Under the pieces are notes generated by a model. It did no database searches and had not been told where the DNA came from. It saw nothing but the letters and a program-made list of their open reading frames with translations. A program made the translations under genes and the position numbers. A stretch of 64,000 bases of DNA from Novakomyces olei (Eukaryota): contig JADEYG010000002.1 in the NCBI GenBank assembly GCA_016906335.1, positions 372,001-436,000 of the forward strand, written 5' to 3'. This document shows positions 12,385 to 24,100 of the stretch, in pieces. Positions within the stretch are counted from its first letter, which is position 1; the number at the start of each line of letters is the position of its first letter.

Positions 12385-14205
12385 ATGGACAAGCCGCGAC
12401 CGTTCGTGTGCGGTATGTGCCAAAGAGCCTTTGCTCGAATGGAACATTTAAAGCGGCACGAGCGTAGCCATACTCACGAAAAGCCTTTTGCCTGTGAGGG
12501 CGATCTCGGTGATCGCATTCAAGGCTGCGGCCGGTGCTTTGCGAGAAGGTAATTCTCTTCTATCATAGTGACAGTTATACTTTACTTTTTATGCAAAGAG
12601 CAATTGCTCAACTGATTTAACAGGGACCTACTCCTCCGCCACCAGCAGATTCACCGTAACCCGAGCTCACGGAGGGGCAAAGCACGGCACGGTTCGCTGG
12701 CAAGTAACCCACTAGCTCGGCAGCCAAATGCAGATCCACGAAAACCCTGTCGGGGCCCAAACACGGCGCGGAGACAGAGTGCTGTTTCGTCTACGGCCAG
12801 TGAGACTCTGAGGGGAACGGCCAGTACGTCAGGTTCGCCCATCGAAACTGGCACGGGCTCTCTAGTGGGCGACAGTTCAGGTTCGAGGGACACGTCTGAC
12901 TACCGTGACTCATTGCCACGTGGCCTGAGTGACGCTGTACAATCAGGATCGCTATTCAACACCTTTTATGAGGATCCTAATATGGTGCCTCAGGTCGGTG
13001 CCTCTCATATGGCAGCAGCAGCCTCGCGACTGAGCTCTGAGGAAATGTACTATGCCGGCACAACAAACAGCTCAAACGACTGTGCAGTGTCTGATTCCCC
13101 ACTCTCGCAATTGTCCATGGAGGACTATTCATTATATTACAATGGAAGCAATGGAAATAACCCTAATGAAACTGTTAATCCCGCGGCTCTCATGAATGAC
13201 AACAGGGAGATTTGCCATTCACGCTCAGTTTCAATGCCCACTTCGTCGCGTCCCGCAAATTTATTTCCGGGGCTGTTTGGCGCTGCTCCTCAAAGCCAGC
13301 AGCAGCAGCAGCAGCAGCAGTTTTCTATAGGAGATTCTTGTTCCGCCACGGCAATTAGAAGCTTCCCAGAAGTACAACAACAGCACATGTTCAACTCGCC
13401 TTTTCAATCGTACCTCGGCGTCCAGCAGCCCGATTTGGTGGATTCGCCTATTACGAGTTCTGCGTCCACGGGCTCAGAGTTTGATGCTCAAGTGTTTGCA
13501 CGATCGCTACAGACAAACGCAAATATTATGGAAATCTGGTCGGATAATGAATCAGACAGTCGGGCGAATAATAGCAATAATTTTACCAACAGCAATAACA
13601 ACAACAGCAATAGCAACGACTACAAGGATGCAATCTTCCGTGATATTCATCCTTCACTGTTTGCTCTGTCGACATCGACTCCACAGTATTCGAGGCCAAA
13701 CCTGCATGCAATTTATTCGCACAGGCCTTCGTTTGCTGCGGCTACTGCCTTTGACAGGAGCCTTCTGCAGAACAAAGATACTGACCGGGATCCGTCTGGT
13801 TCAGCGGACGCTTCCAGTTCTGCTGCAGAGGGCAATGACGCAATGTCGATTCTACTTTCACGATACTTTCCACAGATAAGCGATGCAGAAGACGGTGGTG
13901 ATAAAGCTGCAGCTATAAACGAAGCCTGGCCTGATGTTTCTATGGCTCAGCTCAACTTGTCCTCGCCTCAAGGACAGCAGCATCATGATCGTGTCAAGCA
14001 GGCACTGGAAAGAATTGCAGCAGAGCGGCAGGTGAACAGTTACCAAAGTTATATGGCCGCCAACATGACGGGATACGACTTGCCAAGGAGAGTCAAGGAC
14101 GAGTCTGATTTGTCGGGATCAAAATTGAGCGATGGCTCAGAGTACAGGCAAATGTACCAGAACATGTCGAGCGACGATCTGATAAGTTTTGCTTTCACGA
14201 CATGA
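12385..14205 (+). CDS. rst2: C2H2 zinc-finger transcription factor, Rst2/Adr1-like; intron 12549-12623
   Basis: [30 protein letters not shown]10[18 protein letters not shown] after splicing. The expanded Cys spacing in finger 2 resembles S. pombe Rst2 as I recall it. Q/N/S-rich tail. Confidence 0.8.
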
Positions 14206-14949
14206 TACAATTGCTACATAAAGTGGGCCAAGGGGAAAAGAGTGTAAATGTATGAGTGCCGTTCTACATTTGTGTATATGTGTTGCTGCATACAATTATA
14301 CATACATTAACATGGGGCTATATATTCAAATTTCCATTTGACTTAGTGTACGTCAGATACTAGATCTGTATTCTCATTATTCAAATGTGTCCATTTTACG
14401 GGATATTTAGGCGTAACGGCGTTTTGTGCATTAATAGCATCTATTAAAGAACGAGCATTTTTCCCGTATTGCTTAAAATCGGGAAGCTCTGAAGGGGGCA
14501 CTGACTGCCGATTGTTGCGACGGCTGGCGGAGAGGGAAGAAGGCCGTACTAAAATTGAATATGAATAATTTTTTATTCTTTTGCTCTGTCTTTATCGTTC
14601 GGGTGGGATGATGGTACTCTTGTGACTAAAAAAGTGCTTTGTTTTGTTTATTTATGCTGTCTTTGAATATACTGTCTTCATATTGAATTGTGCATAGAAT
14701 ACAATAATCATAATGACGATGAAATGTAATTCACAGCGGAATAAGTCTAGTCTATTAACCCTAATTAAATTTAGTTAACCCTAAGTATGGTCGGGACTCT
14801 GGAATTAGCAGAAGGGTTAATAGTCATGAACTTGACCATAACCTACTGTATGTATTCCAAAAGACTAGAACCTACAGCAATCTGGAATAATTGAGTCCAA
14901 AACAAACAAATCCAGAATAAATGATACATCTGATTCCATTGATTCATGT

Positions 14950-17900
14950 CTAGTCTACTGCATCAAGACCTGCTCGAGTAAGCATTTGCCGGTAAGTTTG
15001 CAGGAGAGCACGAATCTCTATTATCAAATCCCCTTTCCCGTCCCCAACACTACCGATACCCGCAGCATCGATCGAAGCAGAACCCGTACGAGCAGCATCA
15101 AATCGCTCTAGAGCCCGAAAAGTTGCCCGGGCAACTGCTGTATAAACAGGATCCATTTTACCAGTATTTTCTTCCAGGCTGATATGATGCACGACCCCAG
15201 CAAGGGCAGCGCACAGCACGTATTTCACAAATACTTGTAATACTGTGTGCTGCAGCAGGGTTACTTGCGATCTATGCTGTTGCAGACGTACCCACTTGTC
15301 CAGCAATCCCGCGTTTCTAATATCCCGTGCGCCAGCAATGCTATCAGCAATCCGAGCAACAAGACCCATTTGCACAGTGAAGCGTAAAGCGTCTTGGCCG
15401 CCAATCATTAGCGCCTCCCAGTACAAGGCGCTATTGGTGTTTGCATCATTTTTGCTCTTGCTTTTTAATTTATTATTATTATTTTTATTGATAATATTAT
15501 TATTATTGCCATCATTATTGTTGTCTGCCGGTGACCCGGTAACAAGTGCAGCCGTAAACTGATCAATGTCCTTACAAATCATAGACACAAGGGCGCTTGT
15601 AGTATTTGCCCTCTGCAATTGCTGCAACAGAGGGTTCTTGCCAGTGCTGCTGCTGATAGAGTAAAGCACTGAAAGGCAGAGTGATGCGTACAACTGGCAC
15701 AGTCCTCCTCCACGAAGCACGTCGTCGATCAGGTACCGCAACACTCGGCCGCCCAGACTGGCGAGGATGTGTAGAGTTGCCTGCTCAGACAATTTGTTTG
15801 CAGTTTGAGAAGAAGGGCGGTTCGAGTGGCCATTTTGACGGGACAAGCTATGTGCCATCGAGGCAGTTGCAGCTGTCTTCTCCCCTTTATTGCAGCGGTC
15901 ATTAAAGACAACGAGTGCAAGGTACATTGACCGGTAAACTGCCTCGCGTAGAAAACTGCCTCCAGAGACGAGCACGGTGCCGTAAGCAAGCAATATTTCA
16001 TGCAATACGCGATTAAACCCTCCGGCTCCTTCGTCGTCGCTGGGCAGACGGTCAAAGAAGTCGCGGCCGTGCAACGTCATTTGTGAGCAAATGTCCAAGA
16101 CGGTATTAGCGACAGGAGTACTATCTGTCTGCAGACAGGGCAGTAGCAGGTTGAGCGTCTCAGATACCAGGCTTTCCAGGCCAGTAGGGCTAAAGAGAAA
16201 ACAGCACTCTTCCACGATAATCTCTACCAGCAATGACCAGCGCCGTAGAGTTTCTGCACAAGCGTGCCGGACGCGGATGCTGGAATTGCACTCTATAACC
16301 CTGCCCAGTGTATCGGCAAATGTGGCATTTGCCAGGGACTCTGTATCGGGAAAGGCAAGAGCGTTTCTTTCTTTTTCTTTTATATTCAATTCTTTTATAC
16401 CTCTCTCTTTTATATTTCTCTCTTTTATACTTCTCTCTTTTATACTTCTTTCCTTTGCATCTCTTTGTTTTACACTCCGTTCCTGCCTGGCTTTCTCCCA
16501 CTCTCTGCTCCGTCTTACTTTGAGCAGCCGCTCAATTCTTTCCACGTCCAATACCTCACAGTCGCTGCCGCCTTTTCGCGTGAAATAGTCTGCAAAATTC
16601 TGTAATAGCGCCTCGTCCAGCTCGGGGACTGGGACCCGTAGCACATCGGCAAAATCAAGTATTCTCAGCACTGATGCTGAGCTGTTTGAGATTCCTCCTG
16701 AAGAAGGCCCATTTGCATTTGGCATCGAGGCTCCAACAAGGGCATTTAACAAAGTCACAAGTGGCGAATAAGTCTCGCTCTGTATCATTGCACGGATCCT
16801 TATAGCCAGCAGTTCAAAGAGGTACGCTCTACACAAGAGTTGGTCTTGCAGTGCCCGTGCAAAGGAATAACGGTCAGCTTCGTAAAGCTCTCCGCCATAA
16901 CCACCAGCGCCGATCAACGGCGCTTGCTGGGATAAAAGAGCCAGAAAAATATGGTCATGGGCCCCTACATAGTCCAGTACCTGCATCATACTGGGACCTG
17001 ATTTCAAAAGGGCCACAACAAGGTGCAAGATCTTCGCCTGAATATCCAAGCGGCCACCATCCGTCTCCAAGTACTGCACAAGCACATCGAGTAGGGAGAC
17101 ACCGGACGCCAGTCCAGGAGCGTCCTGGGACCCATCATCATTGTACTTATTGCCGCTATTGCTTTCGCCATTAGAATCGTGCCCACCATCGTTGCCGGAA
17201 TTAAAGGCAGCAAAACCCGTCATGAACCCACCGAGTCTCAGACCCAAAAGGTAGTGCGACGTCACGGGGACGGCGGACGGCTCCTGCAACAACTCTGACA
17301 GCATAAAATCCAAAATTGCATGTACTAACCCTAACCCTGACTCAGTATCAGTTGAATCATCAGGGTTAGGGTTAGTGGCGCCGGTCAGACCAGCGTCTAT
17401 CGCATTAATAAACCCGTAAACGATTCGCTTGGAATCTTCGCTTGTCCGGACAATATTAAGCAGCCGATTGCCGACGAACGAAGTGGTTGTTTCCGAGGCC
17501 GAAGCGCTACGGAACTCGGGAGATCGTCGAATCAGGTCGAGCAGCCTGACTGCCTTTAGAGCAACTCGGGGGTCTGCCTCGTTCCCAACGCACAGAAATA
17601 TCTGGACTAGACACTGTGAGTGGCATAAGAGAAAGGTGAAAGGCGATCTTAGTGGTTTAGCACTATGCTGCTGTTGCTGCCTTTGCGATAAAAATACAGG
17701 CCAGGTAGGCGCTGAAGCACTTCCACTCTCCTGCTCGTCAACCTCCTCCTCCGTGTCTGTTGGCGTATTGCTGATTGCATCCAGTACACGTAAATGCTGA
17801 GGTAACAAATGGGATAGATCGTATATTAAATCGAGCGATAGCTGGCAAAGGCGAGTTGACGTAGTCGAGGCCAGATCCAAAGCTGAACAAGAATGCAAGA

Positions 17901-20507
17901 AAATGCTAAATAAAGCCTCCAGGCTCTGTGCAGACATGAGCATATTGAAAAGGATGGGCGCTGGATGTTGCGAGTAATAGTGTTTAAGAGAGGCAATTTG
18001 TTTGACGACATCAAACCGTTGTTTGCCCGCGTCAGCAATGTACTCCAAGTTATACGATTCGACTATAGTAACAAGGCAGAAAACGATCTCCTGTGCCAAA
18101 CCGAAAAAATTTGTGTCGCTGGATTCGGCTGCGAGCAGGGCGGTATCTGAAAGGATTTGGACAATAAATTTTACATAAACACTGAGCCCGGGATTACGAT
18201 ACTGTGCGCCCAAATTTGCCGGGTAGCAGAGCGGAGATGCTGCTGATTCAGAGGGACGCAGCAACTTGCTCAAAAGAGCAAAAAGTGATCGAGCGTCAGA
18301 ACCGTCTCTGGAGCACAAGAGCCTCAGGTTTTCATACAGTCTTTGCTCCGGTTCAAGTGCTTCTGCTGATCTAATGCTCGAGAGAACCATTGGCGGCAGC
18401 GAGTAAACATCTCGCAGAGGAAAGAAGCAGAGCCAGTGATCAACAAGTCGCCAAATTTCGTTATTATGCTGCTGGTAGCTAGAACTAGAGGCAGCAGCGA
18501 GCAGGAAAAGTAGCTCGGCTTGCAGGTCTGGAGACACGTAGCAGTTTAAGAAATCAACCACTATTTGAACAATCCGCAGTGTTTGATCCTCAATCAAATC
18601 GAGACACTCTGCTTGATTATGAAGCATGATTGAAGCGAGTAAGCGCAAGTACGACTGCAGTACGAGATCAGATTCAGCATCAATTTCAATTTGGTCCGGG
18701 TCCAACAGTCCACCGGTGTTTGCCTGCTCTTGTTTTATAAAAGTTACATAGTACCGTAGGGAATTGGCAATAAACGCCAGCGAGAGTTGGCCAGCTTCAG
18801 CACCACTTGTTAGGCTTGCTGGGGAAGGATTGACCATGGAAAGAAATTCTCTGCAGGCAGCAGAGTTGTCCTGACCCCGACAAAGGCTGGCCAGGAGTAC
18901 AGCATTAGCACAAGTCATACTAGGAGCAGAAAAAGACCGACACCAAGATAAAAAGCCATAGATATCGCTCTCGGGATCCTGCCAAACTTGGCTTACAACC
19001 GACTCTGGACTGCACAAGTAGACGAGTGAGAGAGTGTACAGAAACGTTTCAAGAGCCGGCTCGATCGTTTCCCGTTGGAGTACTTCCGTATACCGCTGAT
19101 TTGATACTATTACATCCTCCTCAATGAGCCTGATTTCTTTCAACACATCCGGCACAAAGCTTATAAAAGCATGCAAAAAGTCCCGCCAGACATCGAAATA
19201 GCAGGTGCAGAATTCAGAGCTTGCTTCCAATTTAGCTGTGTCCTGCTGCTCCGTATTATTGACAGTATTGCTGTAAAATTTGTACCACCAATCTACGGAG
19301 GTCGAGCCGCCGGCAGCACAGGGACTCAGCAGGTACAGATACCTAATAAACCGGAAGAGGAAACCATTCAACAGACTCGTCAGCGCCGGCTGTTCGATTT
19401 GCTTAGAGTACTTCAAGTCAGGGATGTGAGCCATTGTCTGTTTGAGAAAAGCGCTCAGCTCAACCATCCATGAGAGGGCGAGGAGCTCCTTCAGCTCTGG
19501 CGTTTGCCACCTCTGAGCACTGTCCTGTGCAGCGACAAATTTGCTCTGCAAGTGCTTTACTCTTTCCTGTAAAAGAGTGTCAGCGTTTGTACCAGCATCC
19601 ACAATTTTGCCAAAAAAATCTGCCATTGCACGTTTGGGTAAGACGAACAATGCTGGTACAAAATGCACAATGCACGCAGTATCCTTTTGCTCAACAGTAG
19701 CAGCTATCTTTAAAAATTGCTCCATATCACTCTCGTTGAAATCCGTGTACTGGAAAATATCGTAGATAATCAAACTGAGCTGCTCGTGGTGCGACAAGCA
19801 TGAGTTTACCATTAGGGAATATATTTCCTCATAGCTATTGTCTTGCTGACCTACGAGTAAAAGCCGAGCTCTGCGTTGCTCCTCCTGGACCTGCTTCAAC
19901 TGATTTTGTAATAGGCCGAGACTCTCACAGCATTTCTGCACCGTTTCATCACTCGTTAAAGGTTTGGTAACGGAGCAAAAGATTTCACGACACTCACGGG
20001 GCACATCTGGGCTGTAGGACAGACGTACAAGGCTGTAAAATGTATCTAGCACGAATCCGCGCCGAGCATAGAATACGTAAAAGGCCGCCTGTAGCGCCGA
20101 GCGGTCCAGCCGTTGGGCATTTTTTGTGCCCTGCAGGAGAAAATAGGCGGCTATGTCTTCACGCAATTGTAAAGTATCAGCCAGCCTTAGGGTATCATGC
20201 TTGAACTCTTCATTGATCCGGTAGACATCGTCACCAAACTCAATCGTATCTGGACACATGTAAGCATTGTGCAACGCTTTGCCATTTGTATAATTTGATT
20301 CTCTTTCATTCTCATACCTGATGAACGAATGCTGTTGCGGCTCTGCTCGCTCTTGCCCGGATGCACGAGCAGATCAGTCAGTAGTGCAAGCCGCGTGTCC
20401 ACGTACTTTGCACATTGTTCGCTGTACAAAGGATCAAAGTCATGGCGAAACACACTGGAAACAAGCGTGCTCAGAGTCTCAAAGCTCTCCGCACTCCATT
20501 GATCCAT
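14950..20507 (-). CDS. NUP192: Inner-ring nucleoporin Nup192/Nup205 (S. pombe Nup186-like); intron 20317-20250
   Basis: About 1830 aa, helical; family-like segments YRINEEF..LADTLQLRE..AA, YPANLGAQYRNPGLSVYVKF, EDSKRIVYGF, SHYLLG; the GTATGA...CAG intron joins the MDQW exon in frame. Confidence 0.88.
16366..16480 (-). repeat. Coding 15-bp minisatellite (KERSI/KERNI/KERGI/KELNI) in NUP192
   Basis: Plus-strand units resembling TCTTTTATACTTCTC. Confidence 0.88.
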
Positions 20508-20558
20508 TAGGCTTCTTGCTCAAAGCACTGCCAGTGCCCTATTATTTATTATATACGC

Positions 20559-20561
<3 letters not shown>

Positions 20562-20621
<60 letters not shown>
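20562..20621. repeat. Perfect 60-bp palindromic (AAT)n/(ATT)n microsatellite
   Basis: Read directly; the centre lies between 20591 and 20592. Confidence 0.9.
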
Positions 20622-20622
<1 letters not shown>

Positions 20623-21164
20623 CTACAGAGATGGCAATTGACAAATTTCGATTAATTAGGGCAATTTAGCTTAAGTAAAGACACAAGGTTTACCTGACAG
20701 AAACTGCCGGGCTGGCGATTATAAAGCGGTCGAGACTCGAGGTTACAGCGATGTTTAGGTTTGCACGGAGGAGCATTGACTATGGTGACCTTTTGCCATT
20801 CACATAATTGAACACATCACAAAGGATTAATGTGTTTGATTTAATTATTTTTTTCCGAAATATGTTTAATATGGCAGCATTATGAGCTCAAGAGTAACTT
20901 TAAACGTAGGTATAAGAACAACGATACATTCAAGACTACGTTTGCCATAATAATAGTATGAACAATTGTAGAAAGGATATTTACTACAGCAATACGCGTC
21001 GTATTAATTAGCCAGATAATATTCATGGATGCGTCTTTAACTCGCCTTTTGTATAACGGCCAAGGCAACGAGTCGCGATTATAAAACGAAGCATTGTTCA
21101 TTTCAGAAATGAACGTTGGCATTGCTGTTGTATGGGACCGCATTGAGATTGTGACTTTCTATCT

Positions 21165-24100
21165 ATGGTAGACGCACACCGAACTGTGCAAGAACTACTC
21201 GATGACATTTCGTCGAATAGGATAAAATCACGACAAGATGGCTGCGCTGCGCTACTGCAATGCTTTCAAAGCTCACGTATTAGGGAAGCCTTGAACGACA
21301 AATCTTATTATACCGTTCTCGAAACTTTGTTTGATGTCATACGCTCAGAACAATCGTCGCTATTGGCTGCACGGTCAACGAGCCAAGTTTCGTTGCACTC
21401 TGATCGGTTGAATGATTACGTGAATACGCTGCGACGTTTTGTCGATTTATGCTGTGATCATTTACGGCAAAAGTCTCTCAGAGCTCTTTATGTCCACATT
21501 AAAGATGTGTTTAACGAGAACTTGCATAGCCAGCTGATCTCCGAGTACTTCAAGGTTGTGCGTGCCGTCTTCTCCCGGCCGTTCCACGTGGAGCATTTGT
21601 CACGTGAAGATTGGGATCTGCTGGTAAAACTTGTGCTCCAGCATTTATCGTTCAATCAGCCTACAAATGACAAGAGCCCTTCGCCAAAGCGACAACGGCT
21701 CGGCCTTTCTGTTCAAGATATTGATTTAATGCACATCCTTGGCAACGCTTGTGCCTGCTCAAATGCACCTCTAGAGCTTGAGAAATCTCGCATTTATAGC
21801 GCCGTATCGGATTTTTTTGCCACCTATCCGGAGGAGAATAGCGCTACGTTTCCGGCATTAAAAGTTGCTCGCTCTCTCGTAGAGTTTTGCAGCTTTAACG
21901 ATGTTTTCTTGGCGTGCTCTTTCACTTTACTTGTACTCAGCCAAATGGCACACAATGGCCCGTATAAGAATAAATTTATTCAATCGCAGGCAATGCAAGT
22001 ACTGCTGCGGTCATCGGTCTTATGGCCTGCCATGAGCGATGATGCTAATCTGTTTTTCAACCCTGAATTTATACCTTGCTTAGCACAGTTTTTGAAATCA
22101 AATGTTTTGCGATTTGAAAAATTGTACACACCACCTTTTGAAGACATGACGGCAAGGTCTAGCAAGAGGCAAAGCAGCAGTCTTTCGGATGCTTGCCCTA
22201 TTTATGAGAGGGTACCCGTCAGCTTTAATGTATCGCAGCATTCCCCACCGGAACAGACACTTTATGCTCTTTTGTTTATGCTTGGATCTTTTCTCGTGAT
22301 TAAATATGAGCCAGAGCGTACTGGAACGCTTAATCTGGAAACTCTGAAATCGGTGTTGGGTACTAGATCTGTCACATTTTCCCTCCGAATGCTGATGGTG
22401 GGCCTGGAGTACAGGCTCTTTGATGATACTATGATAAGCAGCAATTATAGCAGTATTTACGATGGTCTGATAAACCTCTGCCAGCATGGATCTGACCAAG
22501 TACAGTCTTCCGCCTTTTTTTGCATGGCGTCCCTTTTACGCTACGTTAAAGAACTATCGCTGCCGCTTAGCAATACAGACCAAAACAGCCTTTTTGTACT
22601 TGCTTTGAGAAGCATTCCGTCAGCCAGCACTTGCCGTTCAGCGGCTTTTTTAGCATGCGTATTGGTTCAGGAGGAGTTCGATTTACCGACGGTTTTCGAG
22701 AAGTTTTCTTCACTGAATGGAAGCCTTCTCAATATAGTAGCTCTTTTGCAGATAAATGACTGCACTGTTGTGCTATGGATAAGTGTTGCACAGTGTATGA
22801 AGAAATTTTCTTGTCTACAATTGGGTGCAGTTTTAAAAGAATCGCTGACCTGGTTGACTACCAATCTTGCTAAGAACAATAGCTGGCTTGGCCGCCTTCA
22901 GCCCGAGCTCAATACTATACTTTCTTACTTTTGGCCTGCTTTATTCGCGAATACTGGCGTGGGGGACATGGAGCTGAGGAATAATAGCCTTCAGCACTGT
23001 CGATACGAATTAATCCTAATGAGAGCCCTTCACTTGCAAGAGTTTCAGTTTTTGCCAACCAAGAATGAGCTGATTGAAGCGCCAGCGGCCCCAGTGTCTT
23101 TTGAGATCGGTACTGATATTGGTACGTTTGTACGTAAAGTGGGAATTACGCCTGATGGTGCTGTTAGTTTCGTGCCCATTATCATGAAGCTTCATATCTA
23201 TCACAATGACACAGAAACGCAACTTCTTTTGCCGCTTGTATCTGAGTGGCTCGAAAGCGTCTTGCAAAGCTCCTTTGTACCAATGTTGTTTTCATTGATT
23301 AATGATGAAATTGATTTAAGTACACTGGAAACTGCTGCTCATAAATTCAACAGTTTAAATGGTACAGAGTTTGTTACAATTTTAAGTGATATTAATAAGG
23401 CGTACATGAACAATGTCAAGCAGCCGTCTGACGAAGTATCCGTCTTTGCTAGATCAGACGCGGATTTGTTCAAAGGCTTCGATGAATCAATTGCGCAATT
23501 GCGCGGAGCATTGAAAATTAAGCTCCTGAGAGCTTTCTTTGGCGAAGGGTTTCAGAGCGAACTTCATGATTTTATTGCCTCTCTGAACATTCATCGTCTT
23601 TTAGACATTTCTCCAGAGCTGATTGTAATAGCTAGTATGCGGAACTGGATAGGCCGCGAGCAATATTTGGATTTTTTGATATCCCGTGTGCTTGTAAACG
23701 TCGCTAGAGAGTACGAGTCTGAGCGCAACTCTGAGGTTCTTCTATTTATATTGGATATTTGCCTATGCGGATTTGACAGTCATGTTTTGAAAAAGTTATG
23801 GCTTTGGTTGAAAAGTTTAACCTTTGAAAACAGGGCTACATCCGCGGCTTTTCAAGGAGCCTTTATCGAGCGGATGGCAAATTGCCAGCTGGATACGGTG
23901 GAGCTAGGAATCGGCGATATGGATGTTTTTGAATTACTATGTGCTGGATCCACTGACTGCAGACCTTCAGCTGCTTTTGCAGACGCTGTGACGTATTTTA
24001 CAAATCTCATGGACGCTGCACAACAAAGGCAATTTTTTAATAAATGCTTGGAGCGTCAGTGCCAGGATGAAGCAAATGTTGAGCAGTTCACAGCGAGATC

